Assembly: GCA_048885925.1 (NCBI GenBank)
Contig: JBHLLG010000002.1
Location: forward strand, 32,001 to 96,000
Direction: 5' to 3'
DNA from: Candidatus Hermodarchaeota archaeon
GTDB taxonomy: Archaea; Asgardarchaeota; Lokiarchaeia; Sigyniarchaeales; SOKP01
Length of the DNA stretch: 64,000 nt
Positions 30,067 through 41,090 of the stretch are shown one piece after another. Position 1 is the stretch's first letter, and every line of letters begins with the position of its first letter. Position numbers and translations under genes: made by a program. The notes below the pieces were generated by a model. The model did no database searches. It was given only the letters and a program-made list of their open reading frames with translations, and was not told the origin of the DNA.

Positions 30067-32940
30067 TTATTTAGTATTAAGATATTTGCCTAAATACTGC
30101 CCAGTAAAAGAATTATGTTCTTTAATAATTTCTTCAGGAGTTCCAATTGTTACGATATTACCGCCTTTTTCTCCTCCTTCAGGTCCAAGATCGATAATAT
30201 AATCAACAGATTTTATAATATCCATATTATGTTCAATAATAATTACAGTATTACCTTTATCAACTAACTTTTGAAGAACCTTTAGTAAAAAATTAATATC
30301 ATAGGATGATAATCCTGTTGTAGGCTCATCTAAGATATAAAGTGTGTTTCCCGTACTTGTTTTTCTCAATTCTCTTGCAATTTTTAATCGTTGTGATTCT
30401 CCTCCACTTAAAGTAGTCGAGGATTGACCTAATTCTAAATAACCCAACCCTACATCTACTACAGTTTTAATAGTTCTTTTTAATTTTGGAAAACTATCAA
30501 AAAATTCTAAGGCTTGATGAAAAGTCATTTTTAGAACATCGTAGATTGATTTTTCACGATATTTAATCTCCAGTGTTTCAGAATTATATCTTTTTCCTTT
30601 ACATAAATCGCATTTTATATAAACATCTGGTAAGAAATACATTTCTTTAAGAATATAACCAGTTCCTTTACATTTCTTACAGTGACCTGATGTTGTATTA
30701 AAGCTAAACCTTCCCTTTTTATATCCTCTCTCTCTTGATTCAGGTAATCCTGCAAAAATTTCTCTAATATAGTCTAAAGCTTTCGTATAAGTAGCAGGGA
30801 CCGATCTGGGAGTTCTTCCAATTGGAGATTGATCAATATTTATAATTTTATCTATCTTCTCAAAACCATTAATCGAACCAAACTTCCCTTCTTTAACTTG
30901 TGAACTTCGAATATTTACTAAATTATGAAGACCTTTATATAAACAATCAATAATCAAACTAGTTTTGCCAGCACCAGATACTCCTGTTATACAAGTAAAA
31001 ACTCCTAATGGAATTTTTACATCGATATTTTTTAAATTATTCTCTTCTGCTCCTTTAATTTCGATAAAATCTCCATTGATTTTTCTTCTACTTTTTGGGA
31101 TTTTAATTTTTTTTTTTCCTGATAAATATTCTCCTGTTAATGTATTCGAATTGAGAATAATTTCTATTGGACCTTCAGCTACTATTTCTCCTCCTCGTTC
31201 TCCTGCTAATGGTCCTAAATCAATAATATGATCTGCATTACGCATTATTGCTTCATCATGTTCTACCACTATAACAGTATTTCCCAAATCTCTTAATTTT
31301 TTTAACATATTTACAAGGCGATTGATATCTCTTTGATGTAGACCTATACTGGGTTCATCCAAAACATATAAAACGCCTACTAAACTAGAACCTAATTGTG
31401 TAGCTAATCTAATCCTTTCTGCTTCTCCGACTGATAATGTATCTGAACGACGATTTAATGAAATATAATCTAATCCAACATTTTCAAGGAAAGATAACCG
31501 ATTTAATATCTCTTTTAAGACTTCTTTTACTATTGTCTTTTCTAACTCACTTAATTGTAATTCTTGAAAATATTTTAAGGAATCTTTAACAGATAAAGAT
31601 GAGAGTTCAGCAATATTAAGATTGTTTATTGTTACCGCTAAACTTTCTGGTTTTAATCGCTTTCCATTACATTGAGGACAATCTATTCGATTCATAAAAC
31701 TTTCATAAATTTCACGAGCCCATTCTGAACGAGTTTCCATATACCTTCTATGCAATAATGGAATTATTCCCTCAAAAGGTCGTACTACTTGCCAAGATGA
31801 TCTAAATTCACCATTATAATTATTAATTTCATTACTATCACTTTTAAAATGGAATTCAATTGATTCATTTTCAGTTCCATAAAGAATTTTATGGAGATAT
31901 TTTGGATCAATATCTTTAATTGGAGTTTTATTTGTATTGAATCCATAATGCTTTGCTACTTGAATTATAGTTTGCCAAGAATATCCATTTTCCGATCCAA
32001 ATCCAGGAATATCTCTAATAGGAGTTTCTTCTAATGGAACTTCCAAATCATTTCCTAGAAGTAAACCATAATCAAATTCCATTACAGTACCTAATCCACT
32101 ACAATATTTACAGCTACCGTGAGGGATGTTAAAAGAGAACATTTTATGATCTAATGGAGGAAATGATATTTCACAATCAATACAAGCAAGATGTTCTGAA
32201 TAGATTTGTTCTTCTTTTCCAAGAACTTCTACAATAACTAAGCCATCTGTTAAATTTAGAGCATTTTCAATGGAATCAGCTAATCTAGTCTTTATATCTT
32301 TCCGCATCACTAATCTATCAACAACAACATTAATAGTGTGTTTTACATTCTTTTCCATGGAGATATCTTCATCTAAGGTATATTGAATTCCGTCAATTTC
32401 AACCCTGACATATCCTTGTTTTTTTAAATCTTGTAAGAGTTCCTTATATTCACCTTTTCTATCTCTAATAACTGGAGCTTTAATTATAAATTTTTGATTT
32501 TCATTAATGTAATTTAAAATTTGCTGAATAATTTGCTGGGGAGTTTGTGGATTTATTTCCTTTCCACAATTGGGACAATGTGGGATCCCTATATTTGCAA
32601 AAAGTAATCTATAATAATCATATATTTCAGTTACAGTACCTACTGTACTTCTCGGATTTTTTGAGAGAGGTTTTTGCTCAATTGCAATTGCTGGAGATAA
32701 TCCTTCTATTGAATCTACATCAGGTTTATCCATTTCTCCTAAGAATTGTCTTGCATAACTAGATAACGATTCTAAAAATCTTCGTTGGCCTTCTGCATAC
32801 AGAGTATCCATTGCTAAGCTACTTTTCCCACTCCCACTTATTCCTGTAATAACTACTATCTTATTACGTGGGATAATAACGTTGATATTTTTAAGGTTGT
32901 TCTGCCTTGCTCCTTTAATAATAATTGAATTTTCATACAT
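30067..32940 (-). CDS. uvrA: Excinuclease ABC subunit A
   Basis: GARQNNLKNI, GISGSGKSSLA, LYVLDEPSIGLHQRD, second Walker A GVSGAGKT, LSGGESQR, zinc fingers. Confidence 0.97.
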   Translation of the reverse strand: MYENSIIIKGARQNNLKNINVIIPRNKIVVITGISGSGKSSLAMDTLYAEGQRRFLESLSSYARQFLGEMDKPDVDSIEGLSPAIAIEQKPLSKNPRSTVGTVTEIYDYYRLLFANIGIPHCPNCGKEINPQTPQQIIQQILNYINENQKFIIKAPVIRDRKGEYKELLQDLKKQGYVRVEIDGIQYTLDEDISMEKNVKHTINVVVDRLVMRKDIKTRLADSIENALNLTDGLVIVEVLGKEEQIYSEHLACIDCEISFPPLDHKMFSFNIPHGSCKYCSGLGTVMEFDYGLLLGNDLEVPLEETPIRDIPGFGSENGYSWQTIIQVAKHYGFNTNKTPIKDIDPKYLHKILYGTENESIEFHFKSDSNEINNYNGEFRSSWQVVRPFEGIIPLLHRRYMETRSEWAREIYESFMNRIDCPQCNGKRLKPESLAVTINNLNIAELSSLSVKDSLKYFQELQLSELEKTIVKEVLKEILNRLSFLENVGLDYISLNRRSDTLSVGEAERIRLATQLGSSLVGVLYVLDEPSIGLHQRDINRLVNMLKKLRDLGNTVIVVEHDEAIMRNADHIIDLGPLAGERGGEIVAEGPIEIILNSNTLTGEYLSGKKKIKIPKSRRKINGDFIEIKGAEENNLKNIDVKIPLGVFTCITGVSGAGKTSLIIDCLYKGLHNLVNIRSSQVKEGKFGSINGFEKIDKIINIDQSPIGRTPRSVPATYTKALDYIREIFAGLPESRERGYKKGRFSFNTTSGHCKKCKGTGYILKEMYFLPDVYIKCDLCKGKRYNSETLEIKYREKSIYDVLKMTFHQALEFFDSFPKLKRTIKTVVDVGLGYLELGQSSTTLSGGESQRLKIARELRKTSTGNTLYILDEPTTGLSSYDINFLLKVLQKLVDKGNTVIIIEHNMDIIKSVDYIIDLGPEGGEKGGNIVTIGTPEEIIKEHNSFTGQYLGKYLNTK

Positions 32941-32978
32941 TTTTTCTCTGAAATAAGTTTTATACTAAGATAGAGATT

Positions 32979-34985
32979 TTAGATCTCTATCTGATATTCC
33001 TTCTTTATATCCATAATTTTATCTCGCAAATAAGCTGCATCTTCAAATCTTAATTCCTTCGCTGCCATAAACATTTTATTTTCAAGGTATTGAATTAAAA
33101 TATCAATATCTCCTTCTTTTTCTAACTCTTTTATTTTAATTTGAAGATTCTTTTTCAATCTTTTAACTTCTTTTTCTCTTAACTCTTGCTCTTCGGATAG
33201 TGATTCTAAGATATTCTTTTTTATTGTTTGAGGTGTTACGTTGTGTTTTTTATTATAGGCAATCTGTTTTTCTCTTCTTCTATTTGTTTCTTCTATTGCA
33301 GCTTTCATCGCAGGTGATATTTTTTCAGCATATAAAATAGCCTTTCCCTCCACATTTCTTGAAGCTCTTCCAATAGTTTGAATTAAGGATCTAGTGTCCC
33401 TTAAAAAGCCTAATTTATCCGCATCTAAAATTGCAACTAATTTCACTTCAGGTAAATCTAATCCTTCTCTTAATAAATTAATTCCAACAATGGCGTCGAA
33501 CGTACCATTTCTTAGTTGCCTTAAAATATCAAAACGCTCAACGGTATCTACTTCTGAATGCAGATAAGCAATTTTTATACCTAATTCTGAATAATACTCT
33601 GCAATATCTTCTGACATTCGTTTAGTTAAAGTTGTTATAAGTGCTCTTCCTTCATTTTTGATGATATTTCGAAGCTCACCTAATAAATCATCAATTTGAT
33701 TTTTAGCAGGTCGCACTTCAACTTGTGGATCTACTAATCCTGTCGGTCGAATAATCTGTTCCGCTGAAATACCTCCAGCTTTTCTCAATTCCCAATCACC
33801 AGGAGTCGCGCTCATAAAGATTATGTTTTTAATTTTAGATTCCCATTCTTCAAATGTTAAAGGTCTATTATCAAAAGCGCTTGGGAGTCGCCAACCATAT
33901 TCAACGAGATTTTCTTTACGAGATCTATCTCCCCCAATCATACCATGAATTTGAGGAATCGTTATATGACTCTCATCTACAACTATTAAAAAATCATCAG
34001 GGAAATAATCAATTAAGCACATAGGAGGAGTTCCCGGTAGACGCCCATCTAAATGCCTAGAATAATTTTCTATTCCCTTACACCATCCTAATTCTCTCAT
34101 CATTTCGAGGTCAAACTTAACTCTTTTTTCTATCCATTGAGCTTCAGGATATCTCTTTTCATCCATAAATTTCTTTATTTGTTGTTCTAACTCAAGCTCA
34201 ATCGATTCTAATGCTTTCATCTTATTCTCTTCAGGGATAATAAAATGTGTAGCGGGAAATATTCTACAGTTAGTTAAATCTTGTATAATATCATTTGATA
34301 TAGGATGAATCTCTTGTATTGATTCAATTTCATCTCCAAAAAGCGAGACACGAAGGGCAGTATTTAGATAAGCAGGAAAAATGTCAATTATATCACCTCT
34401 TACTCTCACTATTCCTGGTCTAAATTCTATATCCTTTCGTTCGTAATTCATTCTAATAAGCCCCTTAATGATTTCCCCTCGTTTAACTGTCTCTCCAACA
34501 TTTAAATTGATTGAAACTTTTTCCCATTCTTCAGGTGAACCTATACCATAAATACATGATACAGTTGCAACTATGATAACATCATGTCTTGTTCTAATTG
34601 CATGAGTCGCAGCGAGTCTTAATCGTTCAATTTCTTCATTAACACTAAAATCTTTCTCGATATATTGAGCTGTAATCGGTAGATATGCCTCGGGTTGATA
34701 GTAGTCATAGTAACTCACGAAATAATGGACAGCATTTTCTGGAAATAACTCTTTTAATTCATTATATAACTGTGCTGCTAATGTTTTGTTTGGTGCCATC
34801 ACTAAAGTAGGTTTTTGAATTTCTTGAATTATATTTGCAATAGTAAATGTTTTACCTGTACCAGTAGCTCCTAATAATGTTTGGAATCGTTTTCCTTTAG
34901 AAATATTATCAGCTAGAGCACTTATAGCTTCGGGTTGATCCCCTGCTGGAACAAATTGAGATTCTAACTTAAATCTAGCTATCAT
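32979..34985 (-). CDS. uvrB: Excinuclease ABC subunit B
   Basis: GDQPEAI, GATGTGKT, beta-hairpin YYDYYQPEAY, DESH, GINLLREGLDLPEV, C-terminal UVR domain FEDAAYLRD. Confidence 0.97.
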   Translation of the reverse strand: MIARFKLESQFVPAGDQPEAISALADNISKGKRFQTLLGATGTGKTFTIANIIQEIQKPTLVMAPNKTLAAQLYNELKELFPENAVHYFVSYYDYYQPEAYLPITAQYIEKDFSVNEEIERLRLAATHAIRTRHDVIIVATVSCIYGIGSPEEWEKVSINLNVGETVKRGEIIKGLIRMNYERKDIEFRPGIVRVRGDIIDIFPAYLNTALRVSLFGDEIESIQEIHPISNDIIQDLTNCRIFPATHFIIPEENKMKALESIELELEQQIKKFMDEKRYPEAQWIEKRVKFDLEMMRELGWCKGIENYSRHLDGRLPGTPPMCLIDYFPDDFLIVVDESHITIPQIHGMIGGDRSRKENLVEYGWRLPSAFDNRPLTFEEWESKIKNIIFMSATPGDWELRKAGGISAEQIIRPTGLVDPQVEVRPAKNQIDDLLGELRNIIKNEGRALITTLTKRMSEDIAEYYSELGIKIAYLHSEVDTVERFDILRQLRNGTFDAIVGINLLREGLDLPEVKLVAILDADKLGFLRDTRSLIQTIGRASRNVEGKAILYAEKISPAMKAAIEETNRRREKQIAYNKKHNVTPQTIKKNILESLSEEQELREKEVKRLKKNLQIKIKELEKEGDIDILIQYLENKMFMAAKELRFEDAAYLRDKIMDIKKEYQIEI

Positions 34986-35117
34986 AAATATAGAATAATT
35001 AATTAAAATACTAATTTAACATAAAAATAAAGTTAATATATTAAAGATAAGACTTATGATATTCTAATGTATCATAACTTAAGATTTTTATTAATTCATA
35101 AATAAAAATTTAAAGAA

Positions 35118-38100
35118 TTAAGCTACTACTACTTCTTCTTGAGTATCCTCAGCACCTTCTAAAGTTCGAGCAAGAATTATGAATTTAACTCCTGGAGTTA
35201 TCGGACCAATGAAGGATTCAAGATTATTAAGATAAATTGTAATAAAACCTCCAAGATTATCAATTTCAAAAGAATTACCGACTTGAAATGTAAAGCTAGA
35301 AAGAGGAATATACGTTTCGTTTATATAGATTGAATGTAATGTTACATTCAATACTCCATTATTTACAATTTTTATAGTAATCCTATTATCACTGTCGTCA
35401 ATAACGGAGGATGGATCAACTGTAATACTATAAAATTCCGAATCAACAATCGCATTAAATATAGTTTCATACTCTGCTGTTGTATTAGTAGTTATTTTTA
35501 CAATAACTTCATCTGACTTATTAATTTGAAAACCTGGAATATCAAAAGAAATTAATGCAACTTCTTGGTTATCTAAGGAAGAATCTCCATATAAAAATTT
35601 AATTTCATTACTATTGGAGCAATCAAGTATTAGAGTGGTATTAATTATGACATTTTCCAAAGTGATAGGGCCATTTCCTGTGTTTTTAATTAAGATTATA
35701 CCTGTTTCATTTGCATTGATATATGAAACTGTTGTTCCATCAATTTCTTCAATTATTTGAATATCATCCTCATCTTTAATTGTATGGATATAACCAATGT
35801 CTGAAGCGACCGTTGTGTCAAAACTGGCTGTAACACATACAAGTATTTCTTCATTTATATCTCCATTTACATAATCAGTGGCATCAATTACAACTACAGT
35901 TTCTTCACCTACATCCAATAATAAATCAACGGGTTTATGATAATCTTCATAATCTACTTCATTTTCAGGATCAACTCCATTAAGATAAATTGATTCAATA
36001 CCAAATTGGTTATCTCCTGTATTTTTTATATTTAGAGTTAATTGAGTAGATCCATTTTCATATGTATAAGCATGAGTTTTACTGAAATCAACGGGAACAT
36101 GCTTTCTATAATGGTTATCCATTGCGACAGCTGCTTCAGGTGAAACTATTCGTTCAGAGCTCAAAATCGTAATTGAATAGTCCTCAAGAGAAGATGTGAA
36201 TAAGACTTCATCAGATACGTTATTTACAGTAGCTACTCCAATTTTATTATATTTTATTGTAGGATAAATGGAAAAATCGGTTCCAACATCCTTTAAATGA
36301 ATATTTGCTCTTTCTCCAGGTTCTATGATTGGGGAACTATTTAAATAAACTATATCATCTGAAGGAAATCTATTCTCTTCAATATCATCATTTTCATAAA
36401 ATCTATCAAGAAGTACTGTTGATTCCCCTAAATTTTCCACTTCAAGATATATATCAGCAGTAGAGGGATCTGTTTGAATTACTTTACTGTTCTCTCTATT
36501 AATTTTTATTTCTTCAGTTAATGCCTTTTTAACAAAGAAGTTGCTGGTTTTGTTGGTAAATATGTATGGTCTTTCATAGAGAGCCTCTGATTGAGCCGTA
36601 ACGGTTACATTAACAACATCATATTCATCAAACGTAGTTCCCTTTGATTTAATATCAACCCAAACTCGATCTTCGCTTCCTTTTTCGATTGTATTATTAG
36701 CATTACCCATAACAAAATCATAACTTAGACCATTTATGTCAACACTTGTAATTTGTAGATTTTTTTCACCATGATTATCTATTTTAAATGTTGCGTATCC
36801 ATTATCAAAAACTTCTGCATTCTTTATCATAAATTTTGAATCTAAGGCGGTATAGTCAATCTTAAATAATTTAACCATCCCCATTTTCGAGAAATATTCT
36901 GGAATAAAAGCTACAGTAGGATATAATCCAGCTTCAGGTATATGGGACTTCCATGTATCTCCATCATTATCTATTCTCCTACTTATTTCTCTTGCATAAC
37001 TCTGACTGAATTGATGATGAGATTGATCAGTTTCATCTGTTGGGATCCCATAAAACATCAACTTAACCAATTGACTATCAAACCATGCATCATCAACATA
37101 TCCATGAGTCATATTTCGATATTCACTTTCATCAAAAACGGCATTATCCTTCCAATTATCCTCTTCCCAGCCCATTTGTTTAAACCTTGCATACTCATCA
37201 TTACAAATTTGAATCATCCATGTCCATTTTCCTTCATCACCACCTAATCCTGTGATGAGAAACCCGAAAAATACCAAAATATAATCTGCTCTCAGCCTTT
37301 GTAATACTTTTAAACTATAAATTTCGTTAGTTTGCATTAGAGCCATTCCTACTGCGCCCATTCTAGTACGATTCCAAGTAGCATTGTCATTTACTGTCGT
37401 TACATTTCCTATTGGAGTAAGCCAATAGCCATAATCCCACCATGAAACAACTACATCTGTTCCTTCTAGATTTTCTCTCATCCAAGTTAAACTTTCTTCC
37501 CATTCATGTACAATTCCGGCAGGAGCTATTTGTGCGAATGACATCTGATTGACAGCAATATCAACGGTATGAACAACTTGGGCTATACATAAAAATCCTA
37601 CAACAAGATAAATTGCAACTGCTTCTGAAGTCCCTAATGTTCCCTTTACTTGTCTTCTTCTCATTCTACTTACACCAGCTTTTCTTTCTCCCAAAAAACT
37701 ACCGAATATTCTTAAAATACTGACTAGACCATAAGCTCCTACTAAAGCTGACGCTGGTGCAAAAATTAAAATTATCCGAATCATACTTCCTGTAAAATAA
37801 AACATTAATATGATAAATGTAATCAAAAAGATATCTGCAGTATTTAATCTCTTAAAGCAAAAATAAATGCCTAATGGTACTAATACTAAGGGAATTAAAG
37901 TTTGATAATAAAAAACGCTCCAAGCACTAGGCATTTGTTCTGCTACTGAAGCAACATGAGCAACTTGTTCACGAGCAAGAGGATTAATAATTGTCCAAAA
38001 TCGGGAACTAAAGTTAAAAGGTAAAAGTTGAGGAGCTACCCAAATTATAACAGCAATAATTAATATTCCGGGAATAATAATCCATTTTATTACATTTATT

Positions 38101-39017
38101 AAATAATAATAAAAACTTGAATATTCACTCCTTTTCGTATAAATAATATGAAAAATTACTAAAATAATTGTAAAAAGAAAAATTCCACCTATTTCTAGAC
38201 TTGAAAATAATTCACCATGGTTAAATGTAATATATAATGAATATATCAATAAACCAGTTCCTTGGACTCCAGCATAGGCAATCAATAAATTTTCATTGTA
38301 TTTATTCGTTAAAATTAATATTATACTAATTAGAGGTAATAGTAAAAAAATAAATTGATATCCACCCCAACTTAGTGATAAATATCCCAAAAAGACACCA
38401 CCAAGCACGGAATATGAAAACCTTCCCGTTCTCGCTGCTTTTAAGAAGAATAGGAAAGCCATTAAGGAAGCAAAAACTCCGATTGTTTCATTATCAAAGA
38501 AACCGGCAGTAGTACGTTGTAGATACCCCGGATTGAAAGCTAAGAAAAATGCTGCGATTATACCTGTACCACGATTTAAAATTTCTTTTCCTAGATAATA
38601 AATAACTAATACAGTTATCCCTCCCATAAAAGCAGGAAAGTAAAAGCAAACATTATATAATGAGATGGGTAATCCAAAGAACTTAAAAATATTATATATA
38701 GCTAAAACTGTAAATGTCAATCCTGGTCGTAGACCGCCCCGAAAAGTGCCCTCAGGATACCAACTCTTGGTATCCCACCAATTAAAATATTCATAAAAAG
38801 TGTGCTCACTTAAATATTCTGCATTATACCATTGAATCCAAGGGTCAAATGCTTTAATTAAAGTTACTCCTCTTATCAATGGACTAAGCCTTATTAGTAT
38901 TGCAAGAATTACGATAAAAAATACAGATATAAAAAGTAAAATATTAGTTGTTTTCACAGATATCGATGTTCTGATACGATCACGAAAATTTCTTAACGAA
39001 CCGAGGATCTTAACCAT
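35118..39017 (-). CDS. aglB: Oligosaccharyltransferase AglB/STT3 with a long extracellular beta-rich C-terminal extension
   Basis: AFDPW, GFFDNE, SWGGY, VASVAEQ, SWWDYGY, DNATWN, DEGK..WM..I; many TM segments. Confidence 0.93.
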   Translation of the reverse strand: MVKILGSLRNFRDRIRTSISVKTTNILLFISVFFIVILAILIRLSPLIRGVTLIKAFDPWIQWYNAEYLSEHTFYEYFNWWDTKSWYPEGTFRGGLRPGLTFTVLAIYNIFKFFGLPISLYNVCFYFPAFMGGITVLVIYYLGKEILNRGTGIIAAFFLAFNPGYLQRTTAGFFDNETIGVFASLMAFLFFLKAARTGRFSYSVLGGVFLGYLSLSWGGYQFIFLLLPLISIILILTNKYNENLLIAYAGVQGTGLLIYSLYITFNHGELFSSLEIGGIFLFTIILVIFHIIYTKRSEYSSFYYYLINVIKWIIIPGILIIAVIIWVAPQLLPFNFSSRFWTIINPLAREQVAHVASVAEQMPSAWSVFYYQTLIPLVLVPLGIYFCFKRLNTADIFLITFIILMFYFTGSMIRIILIFAPASALVGAYGLVSILRIFGSFLGERKAGVSRMRRRQVKGTLGTSEAVAIYLVVGFLCIAQVVHTVDIAVNQMSFAQIAPAGIVHEWEESLTWMRENLEGTDVVVSWWDYGYWLTPIGNVTTVNDNATWNRTRMGAVGMALMQTNEIYSLKVLQRLRADYILVFFGFLITGLGGDEGKWTWMIQICNDEYARFKQMGWEEDNWKDNAVFDESEYRNMTHGYVDDAWFDSQLVKLMFYGIPTDETDQSHHQFSQSYAREISRRIDNDGDTWKSHIPEAGLYPTVAFIPEYFSKMGMVKLFKIDYTALDSKFMIKNAEVFDNGYATFKIDNHGEKNLQITSVDINGLSYDFVMGNANNTIEKGSEDRVWVDIKSKGTTFDEYDVVNVTVTAQSEALYERPYIFTNKTSNFFVKKALTEEIKINRENSKVIQTDPSTADIYLEVENLGESTVLLDRFYENDDIEENRFPSDDIVYLNSSPIIEPGERANIHLKDVGTDFSIYPTIKYNKIGVATVNNVSDEVLFTSSLEDYSITILSSERIVSPEAAVAMDNHYRKHVPVDFSKTHAYTYENGSTQLTLNIKNTGDNQFGIESIYLNGVDPENEVDYEDYHKPVDLLLDVGEETVVVIDATDYVNGDINEEILVCVTASFDTTVASDIGYIHTIKDEDDIQIIEEIDGTTVSYINANETGIILIKNTGNGPITLENVIINTTLILDCSNSNEIKFLYGDSSLDNQEVALISFDIPGFQINKSDEVIVKITTNTTAEYETIFNAIVDSEFYSITVDPSSVIDDSDNRITIKIVNNGVLNVTLHSIYINETYIPLSSFTFQVGNSFEIDNLGGFITIYLNNLESFIGPITPGVKFIILARTLEGAEDTQEEVVVA

Positions 39018-39215
39018 GATAATTTATATGAAATTTTATTAAGTTTTCAATTAAAATCCATAATTAAATTTTTAATATAAAAAATATCCTTAAGATTAAA
39101 ATCTTTTTCTTTAATCTAACATTTTGTAAAATTTACTATAATTTAAAAAGAATTTACGAGATTTGGATATTCTATAAATTAAAAATCATTAGAAATATTA
39201 GATGTGAAGACTTTT

Positions 39216-40061
39216 ATGGATAAATCGAAATTTCTCTTCAAAATTTATTATATTGGAAAGAAAAAGTATTTTGGATCTCAAAGGCAACTTGAATTTATAA
39301 CAATTGAACATTGTTTTTTAAATGCGTTAATAGAAAGAAATTACATCAATGAATCCAAAAATTCTCAGTTTGAATTTGCTAGTAGAACTGATCGATTTGT
39401 AAGTGCAAGAGGATCGTGTTTCGCTTGTATTATAGATAAAGAACCGATATTAATGGAAATTAACAGTGTATTACCGAAAGAAATGGGTATTTGGGCATAT
39501 AGTAAAGTACCACTAGATTTTTCTTCTAGATACAATGCTAAATTACGTCATTATGTATATATTGTGCCTACTCCCTTACATTATTTGGAGAAAAAAGATA
39601 TGATTAATCTTGCAATATTGGAAAAAGCTTGTAAAAAGTTACAAGGCAGACATGATTTTGTTAATTTCTCAAAGAAGGAAAAGAAAGAAATTATTACTAT
39701 AAGAGATTTGGATGTTGTAAATTTATCAGTAGTGAATGATTACTTAGTTTTTATTTTTAAGAGCAGAGCATTTTTACGACAACAAATTCGTCGAATTGTT
39801 AAAAAATTATTAGAATTAGGAACAGGTGAGATTTCTTATAATGAGTTTATAGATTTATTTGATAATTCTAAAATAGTGTCTTATCAACCGGCTGATCCCA
39901 AAGGATTAATTTTATGGGATATAATTTTTGATGATAAAATAAGATTTATAGAAGATCCCAAATCTAAAGAACGAATGTACAAATTTTTTCAAAAAGAAGA
40001 ATTAAAATTTGGACATAGAAATAAGTTATTCAGAACTCTGCAACAAGACGATTTTGGCTAA
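39216..40061 (+). CDS. truA: tRNA pseudouridine(38-40) synthase TruA
   Basis: GSQRQ, ASRTDRFVSARG, GRHDFVNFS, AFLRQQIRRIV, GLILWD. Confidence 0.9.
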   Translation: MDKSKFLFKIYYIGKKKYFGSQRQLEFITIEHCFLNALIERNYINESKNSQFEFASRTDRFVSARGSCFACIIDKEPILMEINSVLPKEMGIWAYSKVPLDFSSRYNAKLRHYVYIVPTPLHYLEKKDMINLAILEKACKKLQGRHDFVNFSKKEKKEIITIRDLDVVNLSVVNDYLVFIFKSRAFLRQQIRRIVKKLLELGTGEISYNEFIDLFDNSKIVSYQPADPKGLILWDIIFDDKIRFIEDPKSKERMYKFFQKEELKFGHRNKLFRTLQQDDFG

Positions 40062-40997
40062 TAATGCTTGAAGCTGAATTTCTTCAGTGCCTCCTTGACT
40101 TAGTCTATATTCAAACTCAGCTAATAGTTTAGTTAATTGAATTTTTAAATCTTCTTGTATGTCTAACTCATAAATCTCCTTATGCAAACTCTTTATAATA
40201 TTTTGTCCTGAAAGCCCATATTCCTTTATCAAATCATTTAATAATTTTATAGATAACTGTAATTGGCCATCTAAAGAAGCTTTTAAGATTTCTTTTATTT
40301 TTTCAGGAGGAACTTCGCCAGCTATCCGAAAAACAATTTCTTGATCAATCTTTTTAGCGATTGTTCCACAGGATTGAAGATAATTTATTGCTCTTCTACA
40401 ATCTCCTCTAGAAACATTAACAATTGCATTTAAACCACCAGGAGTTAAGGTAATATCTTCTTGTTTTGCCACATATTTTACTCTACTCTTAATGTCATCG
40501 ATATTTAGTGAAGCAAATCTGAATACAACACATCTAGATTGAATAGGAGGAATTATTTTATTAGAATAATTACATATCAAAATCATTCTACAATTTTTTG
40601 TATATTTTTCCATAGTCCTCCTTAAAGCTTGTTGTGCAGGAGCAGTCATGTTATCTGCTTCATCAAGAATTAATACTTTAAAGGAAATATCAGCTGGAGG
40701 TCGTGCTTTTGCAAAATCTTTGATATAAGTTCTAATAACATCAATACCACGCGCATCGCTAGCGTTTAATTCTAAATAAGTTCTATTAATTGCCATTTCT
40801 CTTCCGTATAATTCCCTTATCATTGCTAATGCAGAAGTAGTTTTTCCTGTTCCAGCAGGACCAGCGAAAATGAGATGAGGCATAGATGTATCTTTTACGA
40901 ACTGCTTCAAACGTTTTATTATTCCTTTTTGATTTACCACATCATCTAGTACTCTCGGTCGATATTTCTCAACCCAAGGTCTATTTTCAAGAGACAT
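40026..40997 (-). CDS. rfcS: Replication factor C small subunit
   Basis: PWVEKYRP, GPAGTGKTT, ELNASDARGIDVIR, LDEAD, AQQALRRTME, SRC. Confidence 0.96.
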   Translation of the reverse strand: MSLENRPWVEKYRPRVLDDVVNQKGIIKRLKQFVKDTSMPHLIFAGPAGTGKTTSALAMIRELYGREMAINRTYLELNASDARGIDVIRTYIKDFAKARPPADISFKVLILDEADNMTAPAQQALRRTMEKYTKNCRMILICNYSNKIIPPIQSRCVVFRFASLNIDDIKSRVKYVAKQEDITLTPGGLNAIVNVSRGDCRRAINYLQSCGTIAKKIDQEIVFRIAGEVPPEKIKEILKASLDGQLQLSIKLLNDLIKEYGLSGQNIIKSLHKEIYELDIQEDLKIQLTKLLAEFEYRLSQGGTEEIQLQALLAKIVLLQSSE

Positions 40998-41090
40998 CTT
41001 TTTAATGTATGAGTTTAACTTTTTTAATATTATATTAAGAATTAAATTTTCTTAATTCTTTATTAATATTCATATCCATAAAAAAATTAA

